Shown: in pieces, positions 18,182 through 25,908 of the stretch
Numbering within the stretch: the first letter of the stretch is position 1
Layout of the letters: every line of letters begins with the position of its first letter
Assembly (NCBI RefSeq): GCF_000017845.1
Contig: NC_010546.1
Location: 2,130,001 to 2,162,000 of the forward strand
Direction of reading: 5' to 3'
DNA: 32,000 bases
Source of the DNA: Crocosphaera subtropica ATCC 51142
GTDB lineage: Bacteria; Cyanobacteriota; Cyanobacteriia; Cyanobacteriales; Microcystaceae
Position numbers and translations under genes: made by a program
Notes under the pieces: model-generated
Seen by the model: the letters and a program-made list of their open reading frames with translations, nothing else
What the model was told of the DNA's origin: nothing
The model's database searches: none

Positions 18182-18610
18182 ATGACTTCTATCGGCAAAA
18201 TTGGTGAACAATTTGTGGCTCAATGGCTAATTTCTCAAAGTTGGCAAATTTTACATGAGCGTTGGCGATCGCCTTGGGGAGAAATTGATATTATTGCCCA
18301 ACATCATCATAGTAATACTATCATTTTTGTTGAAGTTAAAACCAGAAAAAGCAAAAACTGGGATCAATCTGGCATTTTAGCAGTCACCCCTCAAAAACAA
18401 GCTAAAATCACCCAGACAGCCTCTTATTTTTTAGGGGAATATCCCCAATTTTCTAACTTTATTTGTCGTTTTGATGTGGCTTTAGTTCACCATGAACCTT
18501 GTTCTCAGAATGATTATAAAGACTCTAATTTTGTTATTGAAATAGGAAAACCTATACAATGGCAAGGCTATCAACTTACTTTATTAGACTATATCGAAGC
18601 TGCTTTTTAG
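18182..18610 (+). CDS. yraN: YraN-family (UPF0102) predicted endonuclease
   Basis: IGEQFVAQWL..WQILHERWRSPWGEIDIIA..IIFVEVKTR is the typical YraN core. I prefer the ATG at 18182 over the track's TTG at 18149. Confidence 0.75.
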   Translation: MTSIGKIGEQFVAQWLISQSWQILHERWRSPWGEIDIIAQHHHSNTIIFVEVKTRKSKNWDQSGILAVTPQKQAKITQTASYFLGEYPQFSNFICRFDVALVHHEPCSQNDYKDSNFVIEIGKPIQWQGYQLTLLDYIEAAF

Positions 18611-18635
18611 TATGATACCAACCCTGTTTAATTGG

Positions 18636-18671
18636 AAAAAAGCAGTGATCCTTAAAATGAAGATCACTGCT
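18636..18671 (-). terminator. Rho-independent terminator ending the minus-strand V4R/ferredoxin/TPR operon
   Basis: A perfect 10-bp stem, AGCAGTGATC (18641-18650) with GATCACTGCT (18662-18671), and an 11-nt loop. On the minus strand the hairpin is followed by TTTTT (complement of 18636-18640). Confidence 0.7.
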
Positions 18672-18716
18672 AACAAGGAGAATTAAGACACCAAGTATGA
18701 AATAGGGTTGAAAGGT

Positions 18717-19664
18717 TTAACCAAGCACAGTAATGTTTTGCTCAGTGTCAAAATCATCATCGAAAAGACCACCAACAGAAATTAAATTAACTTGATTAGA
18801 TGAATTTTCTTTCATGATTGATTCGTCAGAAACCACTGAATCAGATTCTAGGTGATTAATAAGAGAATGACGAACTTCATAGAATTCCTTGCTAAGATTT
18901 CTTGCTTTTTCGTAGCTTTCAATATCTCCTTGTTCAAAGTAATATTTAGCAGCTAATCTTAGGTCTTCAACGGCTTGTTTTTTGTTCCCCATTTCTGCCA
19001 AAAGAATACCACGATTATGATAAGCTTTTGCATAAGTGGAGTTAAGATGTAGAGCTTCGGTATAGTCTTCTATTGCTCCTGTTTTATCTCCTAATTTTTG
19101 ATGACTTAATCCTCTTTCATAATAAGCATCAGCACCTTGAGGATTAATACGAATAACTTGGGAAACGTTTTCAATCTGTTGCAAAGTTTCAACAATCTCT
19201 TGAACTTTACTGAGTTGAGATTCTAAGGAATGAGTGAATTGATTTAATTGATCTTTTTCTACTTTTAATGTATTTAAAGATTCTTGATGATTTGTGATTT
19301 TTTCTGATAGTTCACTAACAACTATTTTGACTTTTTGATCTTGCTGATTTAAGTGTTCTTCACTGTCTTTTCTAAGCTGTTGAAATTGTTCAAGAATAAT
19401 AGACTGATTGTTATTTATTTGTTCGCTCATTTGGATGACAGCACTTTCTTGTAATTGAGCTAATTGTACTTTCAACTGGCGACGATTAGCAATTTGTAAA
19501 GCAACCGAAAAAGAAATAGGAATAGCAGCAAAAACAGCATTGCCAAAGAGAGAACCAACAGCACCACCAACTAAACCAATACCTGATAATAAATCAAAAA
19601 TATCAGAGCGGTTACTCTTATTATTTTCATTGGTTAATTCTTGTTTTTCTACTTGGGTTTCCAT
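18717..19664 (-). CDS. Membrane-anchored coiled-coil plus TPR-repeat protein (Slr0151-like position in the pap-type operon)
   Basis: TM segment GIGLVGGAVGSLFGNAVFAAIPISFSVAL, a long heptad-like region, then TPR units YYERGLSHQKLGDKTGAIEDYTEALHLNSTYAKAYHNRGILLAEMGNKKQAVEDL. Confidence 0.8.
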   Translation of the reverse strand: METQVEKQELTNENNKSNRSDIFDLLSGIGLVGGAVGSLFGNAVFAAIPISFSVALQIANRRQLKVQLAQLQESAVIQMSEQINNNQSIILEQFQQLRKDSEEHLNQQDQKVKIVVSELSEKITNHQESLNTLKVEKDQLNQFTHSLESQLSKVQEIVETLQQIENVSQVIRINPQGADAYYERGLSHQKLGDKTGAIEDYTEALHLNSTYAKAYHNRGILLAEMGNKKQAVEDLRLAAKYYFEQGDIESYEKARNLSKEFYEVRHSLINHLESDSVVSDESIMKENSSNQVNLISVGGLFDDDFDTEQNITVLG

Positions 19665-19715
19665 TATATTAAATCCTATTTAATGGTTTGATTAACGATG
19701 ATTAATGGTGAAAGA

Positions 19716-20036
19716 CTAAACTAAATATTCTTCTTCTTGATGGGTTAGAATTGTACAATCGGAAGTAGGAGAACAAGCACAAAGTAAAACATATCCTTGA
19801 TCTAATTCATCTGGTTTCAAAAAGGATTCAGCTTTTTCTGTTTGTTCAACTTTCCCAGAAATAACTTTACCTAAACAGTCAAAACAAGAAGCTGCACGAC
19901 AAGAACAAGGATGTTTAATCCCTTGGCTTTCAGCAATATCAAGAATATACTCATCTGAAGCAACTTTGATGGTTTTATTTAACTTGTGTTTAGGGTTAAC
20001 TAAGGTGACTTGAAACGAACTGTGATTTTGACTCAT
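19716..20036 (-). CDS. Plant-type [2Fe-2S] ferredoxin
   Basis: Ligand pattern C-x4-C-x2-C (CRAASCFDC) plus the downstream YVLLCACSPTSDC. GAGGA Shine-Dalgarno sequence 8 nt upstream of the ATG. Confidence 0.85.
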   Translation of the reverse strand: MSQNHSSFQVTLVNPKHKLNKTIKVASDEYILDIAESQGIKHPCSCRAASCFDCLGKVISGKVEQTEKAESFLKPDELDQGYVLLCACSPTSDCTILTHQEEEYLV

Positions 20037-20080
20037 GTTTAAATCCTCAAGGTTAAATTAATGAACAAATATTCAAAGGT

Positions 20081-20554
20081 TTATGCACCCAAAATTGTAC
20101 AATCAAGTTGGAAAGCTGGTAAGATAAATTTTGCTTCTTCAGGGGTCAAATATTGTTTAATGACCTCCTGAATAATAGGATAATGGGTCCGAACAAAACG
20201 CTCATATCCTACTGCACGAACGATAGTTTGTAGCCAAATTAAAAGACCATCTCGTAAGCGATCTAAATCGTTAATGACCATAGCAGCACTGGTATATTTA
20301 ATCGCTTGTTTGCGATCGCGTCGACAAATGTCTTGGCCGTGTTCATCCATTTTGTACAAACAATTATCTTTATTTAATTCGTGCATTTTGGCATCAACTT
20401 CTTGCAAGATTGCTTCTTCATTTGCCTTGATTTTTTCGTAGGTACTAATGCGAACATCTACAGATTCTAAATAATCTTCGATAAACTGTAGTTCAGTATC
20501 CGTTGCATAGCGACCATCGGTATCTAAACTTAACTTTGAAAATTGGGTTAACAT
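20081..20554 (-). CDS. Phycobiliprotein-like (globin-fold, PF00502-type) protein retaining the Cys-x-Arg-Asp bilin-site signature
   Basis: LSLDTDGRYATDTELQFIEDYL resembles phycobiliprotein N-termini. ICRRDRKQAIKYTSAAM aligns with the canonical CxRDxxxxLRY chromophore site. I prefer the ATG at 20554 (MLTQFSKL), preceded by GAGGAA, over the track's 20572. Confidence 0.75.
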   Translation of the reverse strand: MLTQFSKLSLDTDGRYATDTELQFIEDYLESVDVRISTYEKIKANEEAILQEVDAKMHELNKDNCLYKMDEHGQDICRRDRKQAIKYTSAAMVINDLDRLRDGLLIWLQTIVRAVGYERFVRTHYPIIQEVIKQYLTPEEAKFILPAFQLDCTILGA

Positions 20555-20591
20555 TGTGATTCCTCGGTACAAGAATTAGGGTTTAAAGGGA

Positions 20592-21074
20592 TTAAGCATC
20601 TTGAATTTTAGCCATGTATTCTGATACTTCAATTTGTGTATCTTTTAGTTGAGTAATCATGGAACGGGTGACTAATTTTCCTTCTTCAACTAAAATCGAA
20701 CCATTGATAGGATGGAGAATATTTTCTTTAGCTCGACTGCCAATTAAATCTTCAATATTTTCGATTTCACTGACATACATTCCTGAAGGAATTTCTACCA
20801 CGACTCCTTCCCCAATAACCCTTGCTTGACAAGCTAAACGAGAGCATTTATTAGCAGTGGTAATGACTTCCATTGTCCGTATTTCTCGGCGGTTAACGGG
20901 GGATAAACTATCCATTCCTTCCGTGATAAAAACATGGCAAGTGGAACACATTCCCCGCCCTCCGCACTCTTTCCAAACATTCAAGTCTTTTGCTAGTAAA
21001 CCGCTTAAAAGATTATCATTGGTTTGTATATCAATTTCTTGATTAATGGGGTCAAGTTTTACTTTTTTTGCCAT
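20592..21074 (-). CDS. Adrenodoxin/vertebrate-type [2Fe-2S] ferredoxin with a C-terminal extension of about 60 aa
   Basis: C-x5-C-x2-C (CGGRGMCSTCHV) plus CSRLACQARV. An extra tail runs from SEIENIEDLIGSRAKEN to the end. GGAGAA Shine-Dalgarno sequence upstream. Confidence 0.85.
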   Translation of the reverse strand: MAKKVKLDPINQEIDIQTNDNLLSGLLAKDLNVWKECGGRGMCSTCHVFITEGMDSLSPVNRREIRTMEVITTANKCSRLACQARVIGEGVVVEIPSGMYVSEIENIEDLIGSRAKENILHPINGSILVEEGKLVTRSMITQLKDTQIEVSEYMAKIQDA

Positions 21075-21096
21075 GTTTTAATTCTCCGTTTAATTA

Positions 21097-21768
21097 TTAA
21101 CCTTGAGATTGACTACCGCATAATAATTCCATGATTGTGGCATGATCATGTCCTTCTTCAAGCCACGCTTGGATAGGATTAATTCTATCAGCTAAACCGA
21201 TTACAAACATATTAGAATTGGCTCCCATCGATTCATAATTTGTTTGAATACAATGTAAATCTTCTCCTGTTAACTTACTGAAAAAAGCACTTAAAATACC
21301 TGCTTCTAGGAAACACATAGAACGTAAATTTTGTGGGGCAATTTGTGCAAAAGGAGAGTTGACTATTTGAGCAACTAAGAAACCATTTTGATAGTATTTT
21401 AAGTCAATATCTAAAGTTCCCCATCCATGAGTTTTCCAACATTCTTTTAAGCATTGGATGAATTGAATCATCTCCATTTCTGCCAGCGGTTTTCCGTAGT
21501 ATTCTCCTAATTCATCGGCAAATCTTTGATAGAAGTTTTTGCCCCACCAACGACCACAACTAAATAAAGCAACACTACTGCCTGCTCCTAATTCATCTTC
21601 TAAGGTGGCATAGAGTGCCTCTATTAAAGGTTGAGGTAACGCCAATAAACGGGAACCACTTCGGTTCTCTAATAAGCCAAATTCAAAGTCTCCTTGTAAA
21701 TAAGCATCATGGGAAAAATAATTACCTTTTAAAGAAGACTGTTCTACTAAATTGGCAACATCAATCAT
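21097..21768 (-). CDS. V4R (4-vinyl-reductase) domain protein, the paralogue lacking the Cys/Glu metal-site residues
   Basis: Collinear with the 22655..23380 product (GWGTLDID.. / GWGNWEVD..; AGILSAFFSKL.. / AGLLAGFFSNL..). The C-terminal segment reads CFLEAG..(x22)..Q-TN-Y-ESMGANS-N instead of C..E..C..C. Confidence 0.8.
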   Translation of the reverse strand: MIDVANLVEQSSLKGNYFSHDAYLQGDFEFGLLENRSGSRLLALPQPLIEALYATLEDELGAGSSVALFSCGRWWGKNFYQRFADELGEYYGKPLAEMEMIQFIQCLKECWKTHGWGTLDIDLKYYQNGFLVAQIVNSPFAQIAPQNLRSMCFLEAGILSAFFSKLTGEDLHCIQTNYESMGANSNMFVIGLADRINPIQAWLEEGHDHATIMELLCGSQSQG

Positions 21769-21773
21769 CTTAT

Positions 21774-22268
21774 TTATTCTCCTACCATTAAGGTTTCAGA
21801 TTGAGATTTTGTTTCTAATAGGGTAATTTTAGCTTGCTCTAAAAAGGGGTTTAAAAGTTGCATTTGCTCTGAGGAAAGCATTTCTTCTAATCCTTGTTTT
21901 AGATGCTCAAAAATATGAGTTTCTATGGTTACCATATCTTGAGCTTGAACAATATCTGTGAGCCATTCTAAAATGCGATGTCTGAAATAATCAGGGTTAT
22001 TTAATAACATAGCCATGGCAGCGTAACGCATCACTGAGATCCAATGTTTTAAGCCTTTTTGTAGCCGTTGATTATCCTCATCAGGAAACGTTTCTCCTAA
22101 ATTATCAGCAACAAATTGAAAAATAGAAATCTCTTGATCCCGTAATAATCGATAAATAGCTAAACGCTCTTTGAGACTATTTACACTATTTTTTAACATT
22201 ACTAAATCTGAAGATTGAAGATAATGATCTTCTGCTTCATAAAATAAAGTTTCAAAGTCTTTTTGCAT
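21774..22268 (-). CDS. Phycobiliprotein-like (globin-fold) protein lacking the bilin-attachment Cys
   Basis: KGLKHWISVMRYAAMAML aligns with the phycobiliprotein CLRDMEIILRYVTYAL region, but with Cys->Gly and Arg-Asp->Lys-His. Confidence 0.7.
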   Translation of the reverse strand: MQKDFETLFYEAEDHYLQSSDLVMLKNSVNSLKERLAIYRLLRDQEISIFQFVADNLGETFPDEDNQRLQKGLKHWISVMRYAAMAMLLNNPDYFRHRILEWLTDIVQAQDMVTIETHIFEHLKQGLEEMLSSEQMQLLNPFLEQAKITLLETKSQSETLMVGE

Positions 22269-22277
22269 GATCTTACC

Positions 22278-22658
22278 CTAAAATAAATCTGATAAGTTAT
22301 CTAAGTCTAGGTCTGTAGAAGATGAGTCGATTGAATTTCTAGATGAGGATGGTTTGGAGATTGGAGCAATCGTAGGATAACTTTTCCAAACCATTTCTTG
22401 AAAGAAATCCCTAACGGACAAACTCAGTAAAGATTCTTGAGAACGGTTAAGGGACTGGGATAAGGAAATAGTTTCTTGTATGCCTGTCCAATTGGATTGT
22501 AAGAGAAATCGTTGTAAATTTAAGGACAATAAAGATTCACTATTTTCGGTTCGATGGTTGGGATTTAAGACGGCTAATGTATCCGTTTCTCCTGTCCAAT
22601 TATAGGTACGAAAAAAATCATAAACACTAATACTAGACCATGTTTTTCTGCTCATCAT
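22278..22658 (-). CDS. Small repeat protein with three copies of about 35 aa (FF-x4-NW-x-G type motif) and an acidic C-terminal tail (Slr0145-like position)
   Basis: Repeats SVYDFFRTYNWTG / NLQRFLLQSNWTG / SVRDFFQEMVWKS, each followed by a Ser-rich spacer ending (E)SLLSL. Tail DLDLDNLSDLF. The start overlaps the upstream stop (ATGATG/TGA at 22653-22658). Confidence 0.65.
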   Translation of the reverse strand: MMSRKTWSSISVYDFFRTYNWTGETDTLAVLNPNHRTENSESLLSLNLQRFLLQSNWTGIQETISLSQSLNRSQESLLSLSVRDFFQEMVWKSYPTIAPISKPSSSRNSIDSSSTDLDLDNLSDLF

Positions 22659-23380
22659 TTAAGATACTCCCCATGATGTAAACGCTTTTCGATATCTTTA
22701 GCTAATGCGCCTTCATTTAACCAGAAAGTTGCAGCGTCAATACGGTCTTTTTTACCTACTAAAAACTTACAATAAGTTTCTCCCATAGCATAGCATTGAA
22801 TCTCAATGCAATTCAAATCTTTGTTGACTAAATTGCTAAAAAATCCAGCTAATAATCCTGCATAAATATGACAAACTGGTTTACCCACATCTCCTAATGT
22901 TCGAGCAACGGCAGAATCAAAAATATTGACAAACATAAAGCCATTTTTCTGCTCACTCATATCCACTTCCCAGTTGCCCCAACCTTGTGCTGTAAATGGC
23001 CACCACCAAGCTTCTAAAACATAGTTAAGGTTCATTTGATTAAGGGGTTTCTCATACTCATATTCAGAATAAAGCCATTGTTGAAAAAAGTTTGCGTCCC
23101 GTTTTCCCCATTCTTTACCAATGTTATAAGTAACAACGCCGGCAGCACTACCGATTTCTTCTTCTAGTCCTTCAATTAACCCTAAAATAAAATCTTCACT
23201 GGTAAGAATATTTCGAGATTCATTCCAATCAATAATGGTTCCTGTTTCTGTCTGAAAACAGAAGAAATCTTCTAAACCATAATGATGATGTCTTTTAGGA
23301 TATTTCTTTTTTAAACGATGCTCAAATTTTGTTAGTAACTCTTTCGTTTCTTGTTTGCTATCACTTGAGGTGAAAACCAT
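22655..23380 (-). CDS. V4R (4-vinyl-reductase) domain protein, the paralogue retaining a C-x22-E-x2-C-x7-C motif
   Basis: CHIYAGLLAGFFSNLVNKDLNCIEIQCYAMGETYCKFLVG. This is the first gene of the minus-strand operon. Confidence 0.8.
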   Translation of the reverse strand: MVFTSSDSKQETKELLTKFEHRLKKKYPKRHHHYGLEDFFCFQTETGTIIDWNESRNILTSEDFILGLIEGLEEEIGSAAGVVTYNIGKEWGKRDANFFQQWLYSEYEYEKPLNQMNLNYVLEAWWWPFTAQGWGNWEVDMSEQKNGFMFVNIFDSAVARTLGDVGKPVCHIYAGLLAGFFSNLVNKDLNCIEIQCYAMGETYCKFLVGKKDRIDAATFWLNEGALAKDIEKRLHHGEYLK

Positions 23381-23581
23381 CTTATATAAACCTCAATATT
23401 TTATCGAATGTGATTTCATTGTAGGGAGATAATTTAGGGCTTTCCTCTGTGGTTATGGGGAAATCACCAGGGTTTTTTACTTAAGTTTTAGTGGTTATAC
23501 GGACTCATCAGCAAAAAAGAGGAAAATCAGTTATAAAAAATAAACAAGATTACGGTTTGATAACAATTATTCAGAGTTATT

Positions 23582-23953
23582 ATGGAATTGTTTGAGCATA
23601 TAGAAGGAGCGTTGCAACATTGGGTGACACTGTTTCGCCTAATCTTAGAGTCTGTATCGGTGTTGTGTGTTGTCTTGGGGCTATTGTCAGGTATTCGTTG
23701 TGTAATCATGAATTTTCGCTTTCGCTCTTTTCCCTTTTTAGAAGTGCGTCTGCGCTTTGGTTCCTGGTTAGCGTTGGCCTTAGAGTTTCAACTGGGTTCA
23801 GATGTTCTCAGCACTACCATTGCACCGTCGTTTCAAGCGTTGGGAAAATTAGGAGCGATTGCGGTGATTCGGACTTTTTTGAACTATTTTTTGACACAAG
23901 AATTGGAAGCTGAACAACGCCTAAAAGAGCGAAAAAGAAGTTCAAATGTATAA
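23582..23953 (+). CDS. Small integral membrane protein (DUF1622-like)
   Basis: 123 aa with hydrophobic segments (VTLFRLILESVSVLCVVLGLL, FGSWLALALEFQLGSDVL, LGAIAVIRTFLNYFL). The family name is from memory. Confidence 0.6.
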   Translation: MELFEHIEGALQHWVTLFRLILESVSVLCVVLGLLSGIRCVIMNFRFRSFPFLEVRLRFGSWLALALEFQLGSDVLSTTIAPSFQALGKLGAIAVIRTFLNYFLTQELEAEQRLKERKRSSNV

Positions 23954-23989
23954 AATTAAAGAAGATACCAAGTTGTCTGGGATTTTATC

Positions 23990-24382
23990 ATGAACCCACC
24001 CCATCAATGGACAATTTATAAAGAGTTTCGTTTTGAAGCAGCCCACCGACTTCCCCATCATCAGGGTAAATGTAGTCGCCTTCATGGTCATAGTTGGGTA
24101 GGGCGAGTTTATGTGAGTCGAGATCGCCTTCACGAAACCGGGCCACAACAGGGGATGGTGATGGATTTTGGTGAGATTAGTGCTTATCTTGACCCTTTGG
24201 TGGAAAATTTCTTAGATCATTACTACTTGAATGAAACCACAGGGTTAGAAAGTCCTACCAGTGAAGCGATCGCACAATGGATCTTTGAAAAATTGGAAGC
24301 AGCGAAACTACCAGGATTGTGTATGGTAGAAATACGAGAAACTTGTACGTCTGGGGCCCAATATCGTCGCAGTAATGAATAA
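23990..24382 (+). CDS. queD: 6-carboxy-5,6,7,8-tetrahydropterin synthase / 6-pyruvoyl-tetrahydropterin synthase family
   Basis: FRFEAAHRLPHH..GKCSRLHGHSW (C-x3-HGH zinc/catalytic motif), 130 aa. Confidence 0.85.
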   Translation: MNPPHQWTIYKEFRFEAAHRLPHHQGKCSRLHGHSWVGRVYVSRDRLHETGPQQGMVMDFGEISAYLDPLVENFLDHYYLNETTGLESPTSEAIAQWIFEKLEAAKLPGLCMVEIRETCTSGAQYRRSNE

Positions 24383-24447
24383 ATTGTGCAAAGCTAATCC
24401 GTTGCTTACAATAAAGTCACAGAAAATTCTTACCCTGTCCATTTAAC

Positions 24448-25884
24448 ATGGAAATTCTTTGTACTCGTCCAGGATGTTCTCATCCTCAAAACAATTTTTC
24501 TGATCTTGATGATCCCTCAAAATTAAAAACGGTTCAACAAAAATACTGTACCAGTTGCGGAATGCCTCTAATTTTGGCAGGCCGTTATATACCGTCTAAG
24601 TTGTTGGGAAAAGGGGGGTTTGGGGCTGCGTTTTTAGCCAAAGATCGCTTTACTCCGACCGTGCGTTTATGTGTGGTCAAACAGTTTCAACCGGAAGGAA
24701 ACTTAAATACTCAAGCATTAGCGATCGCTCAAGAGTTGTTTGAACGAGAGGCGGTTATTTTAGAAGATTTAGGCAGTAAACACCCTCAAATTCCTCAATT
24801 ATATGCCTTTTTTCCCTTAGTGGTTTCTAATCAGATTACTAAAGAAGAAGAACAGTTTTTTTACTTAGTACAAGAACTCATTGATGGGGAAGATTTAGAA
24901 ACAGAATTAAAAAGAAAAGGAATTTTCAAAGAAAGTGAAGTAATAGAAGTTCTCCACGAAATTTTATTAGTGTTACAGTTTATTCACGATAATAATTGTA
25001 TTCACCGTGATATTAAACCCTCTAATATTATGAGGGATAAAAAAGGTCGTTTATATTTATTAGATTTTGGTGCAGTTAAACAAGTGGCTGCCAGTGCTGG
25101 TAATCCTCAAAAACGCTCAACAGGAATTTATTCGATGGGGTTTGCTCCCCCTGAACAAATGCAGGGATCGGCGGTTTATCCGGCAACAGATTTGTATGCT
25201 TTGGCTACCACCTGTTTAAATTTATTAACAGGAAAATCCCCAGAAGAGTTATATGATTCTTATAATAATTGTTGGAACTGGAAAACTCAGGTTACTAATA
25301 TTAGTGATGGGTTAGCTGATATTTTAGATCGATTATTGTTACCCATTCCAAGCGATCGTTATCAAAGTGCGTCTGAGGTTTTACAAGCGTTACATTCATC
25401 CCAATCTCAAGGGGTTTCTTCGAGTTCAAAAACATCAATCCAAACGTCACAAAATTCCCCTATTCCTTCTCCGTCGCCTCCACCTCAACCAACTCCTAGT
25501 CCCTCTTCTTCTCCCATTTCACCTAGTCTGAAAAAAAGTTTTTCTAGTGTTGATTTATTAATCTATTCAGGGTTTACAGGATTTGAAGGGGCAATCCTTA
25601 TTTTAGGGTTAAAAAACTTTCTGGCTGCTCCTGGAATCATCATCGGATGTATGATTATTGGTGGTTTGATTTATCTCCAATTCCGTCGTTTTCTGGATAA
25701 AAAAGACTTATTAATTATTGGAACATTTACAGTATTATTATTAATTGTTTTTCTATTTTTTGGTACTTTAGGATTTGAATCTGTTTCTTTTTTGTTAATA
25801 TCAGGATTAGTAGCAGGAGCAGGTTTAATAGCGGTTACATCTTTGTTTAAATTAATTTATCAACTGCTATCTAGTATTTTTTAA
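24448..25884 (+). CDS. Hanks-type Ser/Thr protein kinase with an N-terminal 4-Cys (zinc-ribbon-like) prefix, a Pro/Ser-rich linker and a C-terminal multi-TM region
   Basis: CTRPGC...CTSCG prefix. Kinase motifs GKGGFGAAFLA, CVVKQF, HRDIKPSNIM, LLDFG and FAPPE. Linker PSPSPPPQPTPSPSSSP. About 4 hydrophobic helices at the C-terminus. Confidence 0.85.
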   Translation: MEILCTRPGCSHPQNNFSDLDDPSKLKTVQQKYCTSCGMPLILAGRYIPSKLLGKGGFGAAFLAKDRFTPTVRLCVVKQFQPEGNLNTQALAIAQELFEREAVILEDLGSKHPQIPQLYAFFPLVVSNQITKEEEQFFYLVQELIDGEDLETELKRKGIFKESEVIEVLHEILLVLQFIHDNNCIHRDIKPSNIMRDKKGRLYLLDFGAVKQVAASAGNPQKRSTGIYSMGFAPPEQMQGSAVYPATDLYALATTCLNLLTGKSPEELYDSYNNCWNWKTQVTNISDGLADILDRLLLPIPSDRYQSASEVLQALHSSQSQGVSSSSKTSIQTSQNSPIPSPSPPPQPTPSPSSSPISPSLKKSFSSVDLLIYSGFTGFEGAILILGLKNFLAAPGIIIGCMIIGGLIYLQFRRFLDKKDLLIIGTFTVLLLIVFLFFGTLGFESVSFLLISGLVAGAGLIAVTSLFKLIYQLLSSIF

Positions 25885-25908
25885 TGTTTTGTCAGGATAA
25901 GACCATTT

